In this document: piece after piece, positions 12,569-24,935 of the stretch | Layout of the letters: the number at the start of each line of letters is the position of its first letter | How positions within the stretch are numbered: position 1 is the stretch's first letter | Source of the DNA: Octopus sinensis | Lineage: Eukaryota | Length of the DNA stretch: 64,000 bases | Direction of reading: 5' to 3' | NCBI RefSeq assembly: GCF_006345805.1 | Contig: NC_042998.1 | Span: 32,550,001-32,614,000 of the forward strand | Translations under genes and position numbers: made by a program | The notes under the pieces: model-generated | The model's database searches: none | What the model was told of the DNA's origin: nothing | What the model saw: the letters and a program-made list of their open reading frames with translations, nothing else

Positions 12569-12952
12569 ATTTCTTTACTACCCACAAGGGGCTAAACACA
12601 GAGAGGACAAACAAGGACAGACAAACGGATTAAGTCGATTATATCGACCCCAGTGTGTAACTGGTACTTATTTAATCGACCCCGAAATGATGAAAGGCAA
12701 AGTCGACCTTGACGGAATTTGAACTCAGAATGTAACGGCAGACGAAATACCTATTTCTTTACTGCCCACAAGGGGCTAAACACAGAGAGGACAAACAAGG
12801 ACAGTGCGTAACTGGTACTTATTTAATCGACCCTGAAAGGATGAAAGGCAAAGTTGACCTTGGCGGAATTTGAACTCAGAACGTAGCGGCAGACGAAATA
12901 CTGTTAAGCATTTTGCCCGGCGTGCTAATGGTTTCTGCCAGCTCGCTGCCTT
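12569..12952 (-). mobile_element. SINE family B multimer
   Basis: Junction at 12750/12751; one 13-bp TSD TATTAGAATACCT (12556-12568 / 12957-12969) flanks the whole array. Confidence 0.85.
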
Positions 12953-13808
12953 ATATTATTAGAATACCTGTAATGGATCCGGGAGTAAAACGTCTAATAT
13001 CTTATCTAATGTATCACCCCCATTTTTATATATTGGCAGATTTGACAACATAAGATTGTTAATTGCTATAATAGATAATCATTTTGTCAGAGAAAAAGCA
13101 GAACAAAGCTGATGTAGAGAATCAAACAAATTAGAATGATAAATGAGAAAATAATATTAATTGATTTAAATTTATTGCAGTTCCTATTTAGAAACCATTT
13201 TTATCTCAGATGTTGAATCTAAACCACAAACTAGTAATATAATCTTTCCTTTTGTTTCTTCATTTGATGTGACTTATGAAAGTCAAACAGACATACTTTT
13301 GATAAATAAAAGAATAGAACAAGTGAAATTTGTTTATTGGTTCCTGTTTTAAACTATTGAAGTTGATATAACGAAGATAATATATTTGTACACGCAGCTG
13401 TGTGTAAATGAAGATGAAGATATAATGCCAGTAAAGTTGTTAGAATTAATTGCAAGTACAATTAAAAACCAATGTTAATTATTTTTGTTTTTACTCTTTT
13501 ATCAGAACAAGGAAATTACCATTATTATTCTTTCTTTTTCCAAGAGAGAATTTGTTGTGACAGATTCTAAACTTGGTAATTCAAAGTAAGCAAGTTACTT
13601 AGGAGGTGTAAATATAGATCGATTCATAGGTTAATGGTGAGAAACTTGACCGAATGAAGACAGGGAAAATAAATTATACAAGAAATTCATGATTTTGTTT
13701 GAAATGCTTACATAAGCTGTTCTAAAGTTGAAGACATATGCACAGCTGTTATTCTCTGAATAAATAATATTCAGATACCTTTATTCAAGATAACATTGGT
13801 GTTGCCAC

Positions 13809-13809
<1 letters not shown>

Positions 13810-13861
<52 letters not shown>

Positions 13862-13872
13862 TAATAATAATG
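13810..13872. repeat. (AAT)n microsatellite
   Basis: Direct reading. Confidence 0.95.
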
Positions 13873-13876
13873 ATAA

Positions 13877-14315
13877 TAAAAGATCCTGTGGGATTTTACA
13901 ATTCAGTGAGACCATCAGATAGAGAATAGGAAGCCAGACATAGTCTTAATTGAGAAAGAAAGCAAACTATGCTGGATCAAAGATATAGCATGTGCAGCTG
14001 ACAATAAGGTATGCGATAAGGAAGAAAGAAAAGTTGAGAGATGTGAGAGGTTAGCTTGGGAGGTAAAGTAGTTGTGGTTGATGAAAAAGGTGGTAGTAGT
14101 ACCAATAATTGTCAGAGCCCTGAGAACAGTGAGTAAAAATCTCGAGAAGTACGTGGAACAAATAGGGGCTGCAATAAAGGTGGAGCACTTGCAGAAAACA
14201 GCACTGCTTGGAACCGCTCAAATACTCTGGAAGGTGCTTGAAAAATAAGGGGTGTTACCTTAGTTCACTGGTAGTGAACAGCTGACATCTCCAGTGTTAG
14301 AAGCTGTGCAACGGC
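13877..14315 (+). pseudogene. 5'-truncated R4/Dong-like non-LTR element, restriction-like endonuclease domain
   Basis: Frame 13880-14248 reads KILWDFTIQ*DHQIENRKPDIVLI...LQKTALLGTAQILWKVLEK with two in-frame stops; (TAA)n on both sides. Confidence 0.8.
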
Positions 14316-14345
14316 AATAATAATAATAATAATGATAATAATAAT

Positions 14346-14752
14346 AGTAGTGGTTGAGCAGTGTAGGCTTGGTCGTCATCTAGAGACTGCCTGTACACAA
14401 AGTCAGGGGCAGAGCAGAAGGTGGGATAAGGAGGCAAACCAAACAGTAATTGAAAGCTGGAACAGGAGTGAACCCAGTAGAAAGGGATTCTCACAACGAA
14501 CGAAAGCAAAATGGAATGAAATACGACTCTTCAAAATAAGTGAGCAACAGTTAGAATATAAAGGAAATTGGAATATAGTGTCCAGTAGAAGTGTTACAAA
14601 AGGTTTGCTTCCTTGGCATGACCAGAATGATCAAGAAAGTATTAGATAGCTGGAAAGAACGAATAGCATGGTACCGTAGGCTGCAGGTAGTAAGCCTGCT
14701 ATGCATGCAAGGCTCCAGGAGACCCAAAAAAACCTGTGATAAAGAGAAAAAT
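14346..14752 (+). pseudogene. Internally deleted R4/Dong-like element
   Basis: N-terminal-like RRWDKEANQTVIESWNRSEPSRKGF...EQQL fused to C-terminal-like LQKVCFLGMTRMIKKVLD; flanked by (AAT)n. Confidence 0.6.
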
Positions 14753-14911
14753 ATAATAATGATGATGATGATGACAAGGAGGAGGAGGAGGAGAAGAAGA
14801 AGAAGAAGAAGAGTCCTTTCTACTAAAGGCACGAGGCCTGAAATGTTGGGGAACAGGACTTATATACCGGTAGGGAGTATCCCATTTATCACAGTTTCAA
14901 GTTTTTAGGTA

Positions 14912-15320
14912 TTACTCTTTTACTTGTTTCAGTCATTTGACTGTGGCCATGCTGGAGCACCGCCTTTAGTCGAGCAAATCGACCCCAAGGCTTATTCTTT
15001 GTAAGCCTAGTACTTATTCTATTGTTCTCTTTTACCGAACCACTAAGTTATGAGGATGCAAACACACTAGTATCGGTTGTCAAGCAATGTTGGGGGGACA
15101 AACACAGACACACAAACACCCACACACACACATATATATATATATATACATATATACGATGAGCTTCTTTCAGTTTCCATCTACCAAATCCACTCACAAG
15201 GCTTTGGTCAGCTCAAGGCTATAGTAGAAGACACTTGCCCAAGTTGCTATGCAGTGGGACTGAACCCAGATCCATGTGGTTGGTAAGCAAGCTACTTACC
15301 ACACAGCCACTCCTGCGCCT
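14912..15320 (-). mobile_element. SINE family A
   Basis: Full inverse copy. Confidence 0.85.
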
Positions 15321-15519
15321 ATACTATTCATTTATTGTCCCTTTTGTATATTCAGTTGTATACTTTGATTTTTTTTTCTTTTTTAAGTTTTCATCTTCTT
15401 TCTTTACATTCCTGGAATCAAACAGACATGCTGGATCAATTCCTAAGCAACTGCACTTCCCATCTATGCAGTTATGATTATCACTTGAATTTGATATCAC
15501 TCACTTTGGGCTAGCAATT

Positions 15520-15612
15520 ATTATCATCATTATTATTATTATTATTACTATCATTGCCTTTACTTAGCTTCTAATGCTGGAGATGTACTATAGTGTCAGC
15601 TGTTCACTGCAT
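15520..15612 (-). mobile_element. 3' tip of the same R4/Dong-like family
   Basis: Inverse of AGTGAACAGCTGACA..CATCTCCAG..TTAGAAGCT (14273-14305), again followed by (TAA)n. Confidence 0.6.
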
Positions 15613-16479
15613 ATTGAGTTCAGTTTCTGCCAAGGTCGACTTTGCCCTTCATCCTTTCGTACTGGGCTTGATCTAATTGAGTGGTTCCCTCACAAAAAAT
15701 TTCAGGCTTTGTGCCTAGAGTAGAAAAGAATAATTTGGTTCTATTTTTAATTATGGTTATGCTTCCATCTATGAGGTGGCCATCTTGCAACACATCTAAC
15801 TATTGCACAGCACTGTTTGTAAAAATATGTGAACAATTTTTAAAATATCTAAAAACCAATGTTTTCCTTACTCAACTCTTTGAGATGGTTGTTCAAATAT
15901 TCAAAAGCATTTTCACCGATAATGGAACAAAGAAAATTTTTTCTTATAATTCTTGAAGAAGATATCTTCTATTTGGAAATGTGAGCATTCACAGAGAACA
16001 ACAGGAACCTCACCACTGCCACCACCGACAATAACAACAAAAACAACAGCAACAACAACAAAAACAAAAGCAAAAACAAAAACAACAACGACAATAATAA
16101 TGATAATAATAAATCAGAGAGGCTTTTGTTGAAGGAAAGAACATGTTGAATATGCTAATGGACTAATTAATCCACAGTGAAACAGTATTTCCTGTTTTAA
16201 TCAGCCACTTATGTTTGAACAATAATGTCCAACCATCACGATTATCTCCAGATTCCATTTAAGGCAGCTAGAATAAGGACAACGATTGATATTCATCCTA
16301 TAATTATATCTATTGTATTCCAAAACCAGCCACTCACACAAAAGATTTCAGATTCTTTTTTTTTTAAATAAATTTAAGGTTTTTTTTTTTATTTGCTTCT
16401 GATAACATCCATATAATGTTTTGCAAATATCTCACCCTGATTATCATGTTTAAAATTAACTTAGAAATTTGAAATAACA

Positions 16480-16519
<40 letters not shown>

Positions 16520-16800
16520 TATATATATATAATATATTATGCATTACACGGCAGGAATCAGAAGAACTGAAGGAATTTTGAATATCACAAAGCCTACCTA
16601 TGGGTTAAAGAATAATGTGAACCCATTCTTCTCTATGTTTTCATATTCAGAAGAAACAGAAGGGTTCTTGATGGAGCCTTTTAATTCTTCCGACGGTTCC
16701 TCAGAAATGAACCTTCTTTAACAAATAGCATAAACTATTCACCAGTCATAAAGTAGTAATAGATTAGGCAAGCACCATAGTGAATAACATCATTTACATG

Positions 16801-16968
16801 CAGTTCTATATTTAAGAGATGAGGAATTATGTACATTATTTACATTATATATTTGACAGATATCTGTCCTCATCTTGTTTGTTGTTAACACAATGTTTCG
16901 GCTGATATACCTTCCAGCCTTCATCAGGTGTCTTGGGGAAATTTTGAACCTGGGTTCTTATTCCTATT
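16801..16968 (-). mobile_element. Element P1 (tRNA-headed hammerhead element), 3' part, interrupted by the RTE
   Basis: Homologous to 31343-31490; the remainder resumes at 18893-18992 after the RTE tail. Confidence 0.8.
16887..16932 (-). ncRNA. Minimal type-I hammerhead motif (best-preserved P1 copy)
   Basis: GACAC-CUGAUGA-A-GGCUG(10 nt)CAGCC-GAAAC-AUU-GUGUU: intact CUGAUGA and GAAA; stems I and II pair. Confidence 0.65.
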
Positions 16969-18893
16969 CCTGGTAAGGCAGCTGAAGGAGAAATACCTAG
17001 CCAAAGATAAGCCCCTGTACCTGGCTTTTGTTGACATGGAGAAAGCCTTCGACAGGGTCCCCCGATCCCTTATCTAGTGGGCAATGAGGAAACTAGGGAT
17101 AGATGAATGGTTAGTGAGAGCTGTGCGGGCCATGTATAGGGACGCTGCTAGTAGGGTGAGGGTTGGAAACGAGTACAGTGAAGAATTCCGGGTAGAGGTA
17201 GGGGTCCACCAAGGCTCAGTACTCAGCCCCCTCCTATTTATCATAGTCCTCCAGGCAATAACGGAGGAATTCAAGTCAGGATGCCCTTGGGAGCTCCTCT
17301 ATGCTGATGACCTTGCTCTAATTGCTGAGTCGCTATCAGAACTGGAGGAGAAGTTTCAGGTGTGGAAACAAGGATTAGAATCGAAGGGCCTCAGAGTCAA
17401 TCTAGCTAAAACCAAAGTCGTAATCAGTAGGAAGGTAGACAAATCACAAACGCCTTCAGGTAGATGGCCCTGCTCGATCTGTAGAAAAGGTGTAGGTAGA
17501 AACTCTATAAGATGCACCAAGCGTAAGCTATGGACACATAAGAGGTGCAGCAATGTCAAAGGAAGGCTAACTAGGAAGATGGTTTTTGTATGTGGCAGAT
17601 GCTCAGGAACAATAAACACTGAAAATGCTCTGAGACCAACTTCCGTCACTTTCCAGGGAGAAAAACTAGAAATAGTTAATAGTTTCCGTTACCTAGGTGA
17701 CCAAGTCAGCAGCGGGGGCGGGTGTGCTGAAAGTGTAACTGCTAGAGTAAAAATAGCTTGGGCAAAGTTCAGAGAGCTCTTACCCCTGCTGGTGACAAAA
17801 GGCCTCTCGCACAGAGTGAAAGGCAGACTGTATGATGCGTGTGTACGAACAGCCATGCTACATGGCAGTGAAACATGGGCCGTGACTGCTGAGGATATGC
17901 GTAAGCTCACAAGAAATGAAGCCAGTATGCTCCGATGGATGTGTAATGTCAGTGTTCATAATCGACAGAGTGTAAGTACCTTGAGAGAAAAGCTGGACCT
18001 AAGAAGCATCAGTTGTGGTGTGCAAGAGAGACGATTGCGCTGGTATGGTCATGTGGCGAGAATGGATGAAGATAGTTGTGTGAAAAAGTGCCACACCCTA
18101 GTGGTTGAGGGAACCTGTGGAAGAGGCAGACCCAGGAAAACCTGGGACGAGGTGGTGAAGCACGACCTTCGAACTTTAGGTTTCACTGAGGAAATGACTA
18201 GAGACCGAGTCCTCTGGAAGTGTGCTGTGCGCGAGAAGACCCGGCAGGACAAGTGAGTCCATAACCCATGGCCTTCTACTTGGGATGGAGCCAGCCTACG
18301 TATGCATACCTTCCCTTCTTGGGACACAAAACTCTACTTGTGAAGACCTGTTGAGGCAAGTGAGGATCAACTCTACTTGTGAAGACCTGTTGAGGCAAGT
18401 GAGGATCAGAATCGAAATCGATCAATGGAAATTGCAGATGTGTTACCAGTGCCGGTGGCATGTCGAAACTCTACTTGTGAAGACCCGTTGAGGCAAGTGA
18501 GGAACAGAATGGAAATCGATCAATGGAAATTGCAGATGTGTTACCAGTGCCGGTGGCATGTAAGAGAACCTTCCGTTTCGCGACCGTTGCCAGCACCGCC
18601 CCGTTTCGTGTCCGTTGCCAGCCTCGCCTGGCCCTTGTGCCGGTGGCACAAAAAGTACCATCCGTTCATGGCCGTTTGCCAGCTCTGTCTGGCACCTGTG
18701 CGGGTGGCACGTAAAAAGCACCCACTACACTCACGGAGTGGTTGGCGTTAGGAAGGGCATCCAGCCGTAGAAACACTGCCAGATTTGACTGGGCCTGATG
18801 AAGCCTTCTGGCTTCACAGACCCCAGTAGAACCGTCCAACCCATGCTAGCATGGAAAACGGACGCTAAACGATGATGATGATGATGATGATGA
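16969..18893 (+). mobile_element. 5'-truncated RTE LINE, sister of the 46898-51834 copy
   Basis: Near-identical to 49945-51834; premature TAG near 17076; ORF 17084-18256 has YADD, PHD finger and C-terminus; (GAT)n tail. Confidence 0.95.
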
Positions 18894-19059
18894 TTATTAT
18901 TATTGTTCAGATCCCTGCCTGGAATTGAACTCAGAATCTTGGGGTTAGTAGCCTGAGCTCTTAACCACTATGCCATATGCCCGTGGGCATAATAATGATA
19001 AAAATAATAATAATAATAGTAATAATAATAATTTTAAAAAATAAAATAAAATAATAATA

Positions 19060-19095
<36 letters not shown>

Positions 19096-19118
19096 GCATT
19101 GAAAAATACCTTAGGAAC
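18893..19118. mobile_element. P1 tRNA head (minus strand) plus (AAT)n and the start of an inverted P1 copy
   Basis: GGAATTGAACTC (inverse B-box), CCACTATGCCA (inverse A-box), TGCCCGTGGGCA, then CATTGAAAAATACCTTAGGAA on the plus strand. Confidence 0.75.
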
Positions 19119-19484
19119 TTCTCATTGTCAATTATTGCTCCATTTCTTATCTTCTCTCTATATATTAAACCACAGTTTTATCTTTAAATTACCTACACCA
19201 TATACCTTATAATGTGGACTATACATAGTGAGGTAATATACCAGGAGTGTCTATGGATACATCTATCCCTTAGATGGTTACATAACCTCTAACTTGCTCA
19301 TATATATATATATATATATATATAATTCCACCAAATATATATATTACAAGAAATGAAGTACTCAGAAATCTGGATGGTTTTATATTTACAGATATTTATT
19401 TGTATGTTACGTGTTTTTATAAATCATATATCATATATTAGCGCTTTCGTCCACCCTAGTGGAGTTTTCAAATTATATATATAT

Positions 19485-19640
19485 ATCATCATCATCATTT
19501 AACGTCTGCTTTCCATGCTAGCATGGGTTGGACGGTTCAACTGGGGTCTGGGAAGCCCGAAGGCTGCACCAGGCCAGTCAGATCTGGCAGTGTTTCTACA
19601 GCTGGATGCCCTTCCTAATGCCAACCACTCCGTGACTGTG
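19485..19640 (-). mobile_element. RTE 3'-UTR fragment
   Basis: (CAT)n TTTAACGTCTGCTTTCCATGCTAGC... Confidence 0.8.
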
Positions 19641-20544
19641 GTTATGAATCATAAATATGACATATATGCAAATTAAGCTAGCCTAATTTTTAATAGGTCT
19701 ATATAGCAGCTGAATAATCTATGTTACTGAATATGAAAGGAAACTAGGTGTACATGTTCTCTGAGGAGAGGTTGATATCTTTTAAATGGCCAATCATGAA
19801 AATCGTTTTCTTTTTTCCAAATATTAAATGCATAGAAAAGAAGGTGTTCAGGTTCTTCTTTAACCAACAACGAGACACTGAAATATTTGAACTGCAATAA
19901 CAATGTTCAGAGTTGATAAAGTATAAAACAGTCCTTTATAGTAAAATCTAGGTTTTTCATTTATATGGACTAAAAACTACATCTAATTATTTAATTAGGC
20001 ATCTCAACAAACATATCAACAATTAACGAGCTTCCATTAATCTAAATACTTTTGATTCATTTCTTTTTATCACTTCAATCAATGCAAGCCCATGTCCTTC
20101 CTTTCTATTTTCTCTCACATTCTATCTGTGATAAATGCATTGATATACATTAAAAGAAAAATAAAAGTTAAATTAATTTAGTGATGTAGTTTTCAAACAA
20201 TTTGAAGATAAGACAAAGATTTCAAGTTTGCTCAGTTCATATGATTGCCATTGTGGAGATTATAAGAATTTTGAGGAAAAATGTAAACCATTTCTTGCAA
20301 TGAAATAGCTTATGATATCTTGATATAAAATTTATTATTTCCATGATTAAAGCTAAAATCTCTCTCTCTGTATATATATACATACATACTAAGTATAGGA
20401 CATCACCAACAAGTGAAAAATATGTAAACACACAAGAGACAAGTACAGGACAAAATACCTAAAGAAGATAACTCCTCATCAGTTGTCTATTATTTTAGTA
20501 CTCCCTCTTTCATATATATGTATATATATATAAATATATATATA

Positions 20545-20915
20545 TACGAGCAAAACGCCCCCCATCCAATGGATGGTGCTGAGTTGTCAAACATTTAAAC
20601 CAAATTTTCTCAAAACAACTTGTCCAACCGTCCCATAGGCCTCCCCTTTGAGAAACACAGATTTAACCTAAGTTTGAGACACCAGCAAAAGAAGAAATAA
20701 AGATAGACTTTTTTCTATTCCAAAGAAAAATGATTTTATTCGGCTTTATCGATCGCATTCTCACCTGGTATAGATTTTTGTAATTTTTTCAAGACTTATA
20801 CACGGCCTGATACTGTTGGTATCTACATATCAAACTTGAGTGCAATAGGATGGAGAATGCCTGAGATCCTAGAAGACACACACACACAGACAGATGGAAC
20901 GGATTTTATATATAT
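20545..20915 (-). mobile_element. Possible degenerate non-autonomous Helitron
   Basis: Minus-strand start resembles TATATATAAAATCCGTTCC followed by (TG)n; ends are degenerate. Confidence 0.35.
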
Positions 20916-21291
20916 ATGTATATATGAAAATTTATTTTTGGTATTTTGGCTGTTGAAGCAGATGATAAAACTATAAATAATAACATGGTAACTACTGGTT
21001 TGAAAACCTCCTTTGGGTAAGCAAAAAAAACCCTAAAAGGCTGCCAATGGAACTTGAAATGCCATATCTTGTAGACATGATAAGTATTCTAATATTAGAA
21101 TGCAAATTTAATCACATAAACACACCTACTTGCTACAGGTAAAAGTTCCTGATAATACAAGTTCTCAACAGTTGAATTCTTGCTTCTATTGACTCTAAAA
21201 TAAGGAGCCCTTGAGATTATAGACCAAATGTTTGGAAGCATGGCGTTATATAAAGTTGTTGAATCAAATTTGATGTTTGTTCTCTTATCTA

Positions 21292-21336
<45 letters not shown>

Positions 21337-21338
<2 letters not shown>

Positions 21339-21567
21339 CGGGAAGGTTTACGAAAATAAACAAAAGACAAAGGCAGGTTTACGAAAATAAACAAAAGACA
21401 AAGGCAGGTGGAGTACAAACAAACAATTGTATTAGTATGGCACTCAGAATAGAAATAAACAAGTCTTTTACGTTTGAGCCTACACTCTTCGACAGAAAGA
21501 TACACAGAAAAGAAACAAGGAGAGAAACAAGGAGAGAAAAAAATGCGTGTAGGAGCTAACAATCATA
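21337..21567 (-). mobile_element. Element P2 copy with ~31-bp internal tandem duplication
   Basis: Hammerhead-like segment 21464-21500 (CUGUCGA core, G of GAAA deleted); abuts (TA)n. Confidence 0.65.
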
Positions 21568-21584
21568 CATACATATATATATGA

Positions 21585-21617
<33 letters not shown>

Positions 21618-21699
21618 TGTATGTATGTATGTATGTATGTGTGTGTGTGTGTATGTGTGTGTATTTGGTTTGCATGATTATGTGAATTTGTGTGTTGAA

Positions 21700-21935
21700 G
21701 CATATTTTATTGTGTTTGGGGATAGTTGCTTTGTTTTAACGCCTTATTAATTAACATACTCACTGATTTCATTTCCACTCATTTACCTATTTATTTTTAC
21801 TAAGGGTGAAAAGGTAGCAAGAATCAAAAAAAAATTTAGAAAAAAATAGATAAATGAATGGAAATTGAACCAGTGAGTGTGTTAATTAATAAGACATTAA
21901 AACATGACCCTCCCTGGACACAATAAAATGTATGT
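21700..21935. mobile_element. Degenerate fold-back MITE
   Basis: TTTTATTGTGTTTGGGG..TTATTAATTAACATACTCACTG..TTCCA is the inverse of TGGAA..CAGTGAGTGTGTTAATTAATAA..GACACAATAAAA; a right-arm-like sequence also lies at 35182-35260. Confidence 0.55.
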
Positions 21936-22545
21936 GTGTAGTCAAATTGGAAACAGAAAAAAATAAAATAAATAATATACGTATACTTGAACTCAGAATG
22001 TTGTTCCCAGTATCACTGAAAATCATGACCTTGTTGAAGGAATTAATATTTTGATGGAAAAACAGCAATTTTTGTTTTCTTTAGATCAAGCCATAACTCA
22101 AGAATTGACAAGCTAAAATGGCTACTGCTGTGAACGACACCCAAATATTAGTATCTAAATGATTGTGTCTTCTCCTTTTCATTATCTAATTATCATGTGA
22201 CCTTGTGCCTTGAAAGAAATGCTAGACTGTGTGAAGAACTATACAAGAGATGTAAGATCTAGCACTAGAATCTATTCACCCATGATTTAAGCCCATTAGT
22301 ATTTATATCATTTGACAGATGTCATCATAATGGACATCGCATCGTCTACTACACTACAATTTTACACTTAAAGACAATTTAACTCTGTTCAAATGCAGTA
22401 CTTTCTATTACGTAGGGCATAACTTAACAGCAAATGCTGTTGAATTTGGGAGTATATTTGGTGTTTTTCAACTGTATATTTCAAAAATATCTAACAAAAT
22501 ACAGCTGGCTTGGTACAAGGGGTGATGTTTCACAACATTTTTAGG

Positions 22546-22724
22546 CACAGGAGTGGCTGTATGGTAAGTAGCTTGCTTACCAATCACAGGGTTCCGGGTT
22601 CAGTCCCACTGTGTGGCACCTTGGGCAAGTGACTTCTACTATAGCCTCGGGCCGACCAAAAGCCTTGTGAGGGCATCTTGTAGATGGAAACTGAAAGAAG
22701 TCTGTCGTATATATGTATGTATAT

Positions 22725-22775
<51 letters not shown>

Positions 22776-22978
22776 CTGTGTTTGTTACCCCAAAATCATT
22801 TGACAACTGATGCTGATGTGTTTACATCCCCGTAACTTAGCTGTTCAGCAAAAGAGATCGATAGAATAAGTACCAAGCTTACAAAGAAAAGTCCTGGGTT
22901 GAGTTGCTCAACTAAAGGCGGTACACCAGCATGGCCACAGTGAAATGACTGAAACAAGTAAGAGTAAAAGAGTAAAAA
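22546..22978 (+). mobile_element. SINE family A
   Basis: Full copy. Confidence 0.85.
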
Positions 22979-23029
22979 TATTGATTTCAAATTTTGGCAC
23001 AGGACAGCATCTTCAAGGGAAAGGGTCAG

Positions 23030-23345
23030 TTAATCATATTGACCCCAGCGTTTAACTGATACTTATTTTATCGACCCTGAAAGGATGAAAAGCAAAGTCA
23101 ACTTCAGTGGAATTCGAACTCAGAACATAAAGTTGGAAGAAATGCTGCTTAGCAATTTTCTGGGACATTAACCATCCTGCCAGTTCACCCCCTTATAGTA
23201 ATATTGGTTTGAAGTTTTGGTGCAAAGCCAGCACTTTCGAGTGAAGGGCAAGTTGATTACAATGACCGCAGTACTCAACTGGTACTTGTTTCATTGACCC
23301 CCCAAAAGGATGAACGGTAAAGTCAACCTCAGCAGAATTTGAACT
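23030..23345 (-). mobile_element. Two degenerate SINE B-type fragments
   Basis: GACCCCAG..CTG(A/G)TACTT..AAGGATGAA..AAAGTCAAC..GAACT motifs occur twice. Confidence 0.55.
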
Positions 23346-23680
23346 TAATGGAAATTGTAGTTAATATAACCGTGCTGGTGACATGTAAAAAGCACCATCT
23401 GAACGTGGCAGATGCCAGCACCGCCTGACTGGCATCTGTGTTGGTGACATGTAAAAGCAGCAACCGATTGTGGCTGTTTGCCAGCCTCCCCTGGCACATA
23501 AAAAGCACCCACTACACTCACAGAGTGGTTGGCGTTAGAAAGGGCATCCAGCTGTAGAAACACTGCCAGATCAGACTGGAGCCTGGTGCAGCCTCCATGG
23601 CTTACCAGACCCTGGTCAAACCATCCAACCCATGCTAGCATGGAAAACGAACGTTAAACGATGATGATGATGATCATGAT
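23345..23680 (+). mobile_element. RTE 3'-UTR fragment
   Basis: Same modules and (GAT)n tail. Confidence 0.8.
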
Positions 23681-24169
23681 CATAAAGACAGATGAATCGT
23701 TAATAATAACATTCACAACAAAGTCTATTGATCAAAGCATGATTGTTTTGTTGCCAGCGTATCTTGGTCGGTGGAGACTATCTGACAGTCATAGATTCAA
23801 GTCCCCTGTCAGGGAAGAAATTTACAAAATAATGTCAATGATCCTTTAATTTTTCAGTTCACATTGTTACATGTCTGTTTCCATTGAGTCAGAATTTTTT
23901 TCCTTTTTATCTATAAATGCCCAGAAAATTAACAGAACAATGCAGCCACAACTAAATTCGAGCAGATAACTACATCCACAACACCAACTCTCTGGATTAT
24001 GATGGTCCAGAGACTCATACAATCCACACTAACTTACACTAATGAACAGGAACCCGTATTTCATTTAATTATTTAAATAAATTTAATATTGGTTTAATTT
24101 AAAGTGCATTAATCAAAATGAGCACCCCGGGTCCAGTGAAATTAGCAAACCAGAATAGCTTTGTAACCA

Positions 24170-24935
24170 AATCATCATCATTATCATCGTCATTTAACGT
24201 CCACTTTCCATGCTGGCATGGGTTGGACGGTTTGACTGAGGACTGGTGAGTCAGAAGGCTGCACCAACTTCCAACCTGATCTGGCAAAGTTTCTACAGCT
24301 GGGTGCCCTTCCTAACGCCAACCACTCTGAGAGTGTAGTGGATGCTTTTACGTGCCACCGGCATGTGGGCCAGTCAGGTGGTTCAGCTGGATGCCCTTCC
24401 TAATGCCAGCCACTCTGAGAGAATAGTGGGTGCTTTTATGTGCCACCAGCTCGAGGGTCAGTCAGGTGGTTCAGCTGGATGCCCTTCCTAATGCCAACCA
24501 CTCTGAGAGTATAGTGGGTGCTTTTACATGCCACCAGCATGAGGGCCAGTCAGGTGGTTCAGCTGGATGCCCTTCCTAATGCCAACCACTCTGAGAGTGT
24601 AGTGGGTGCTTTTACATGCCACTGGCTCGAGGGCCAGTCAGGTGGTTCAGCTGGATGCCCTTCTTAATGCCAACCACTCTGAGAGTATAGTGGGTGCTTT
24701 TACGTGCCACCGGCATGAGGGCCAGTCAGGTGGTTCAGCTGGATGCCCTTCCTAATGCCAACCACTCTGAGAGTGTAGTGGGTGCTTTTACGTGCCACCG
24801 GCACGAGGGCCAGTCAGGTGGTTCAGCTAGATGTCCTTCCTAATGCCAACCACTCTGAGAGTGTAGTGGGTGCTTTTACGTGCCACCGGCACAAGGGTCA
24901 GTCAGGCAGTTCTGGCAACGACCATGCTCAAAAGG
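24170..24935 (-). mobile_element. RTE 3'-UTR fragment containing an internal tandem array
   Basis: The RTE end at 24170-24295 continues into the 88-bp array. Confidence 0.8.
24296..24911. repeat. Minisatellite, 7 x 88 bp, derived from the RTE 3' UTR
   Basis: CAGCT(G/A)G unit starts at 24296, 24384, 24472, 24560, 24648, 24736 and 24824. Confidence 0.95.

Noticed and set aside
18793-18815. CTGATGA in the RTE 3' UTR
   Set aside because: It lies within a simple TGAAGCC/GGCTTCA hairpin, has no GAAA, and is not conserved in other RTE-tail copies
20370-20512. Minus-strand CUGAUGA plus GGAG(UUAU)CUUC hairpin in a (TA)n-flanked element
   Set aside because: No GAAA or stem III follows, so a hammerhead cannot be completed; possibly a decayed fourth family
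24296-24911. Regular array resembling CRISPR (also the 41.2-42.4 kb repeat-spacer pattern)
   Set aside because: The units are fully repeated with no unique spacers, or are 222-bp TTAA MITEs; eukaryotic context with no cas genes
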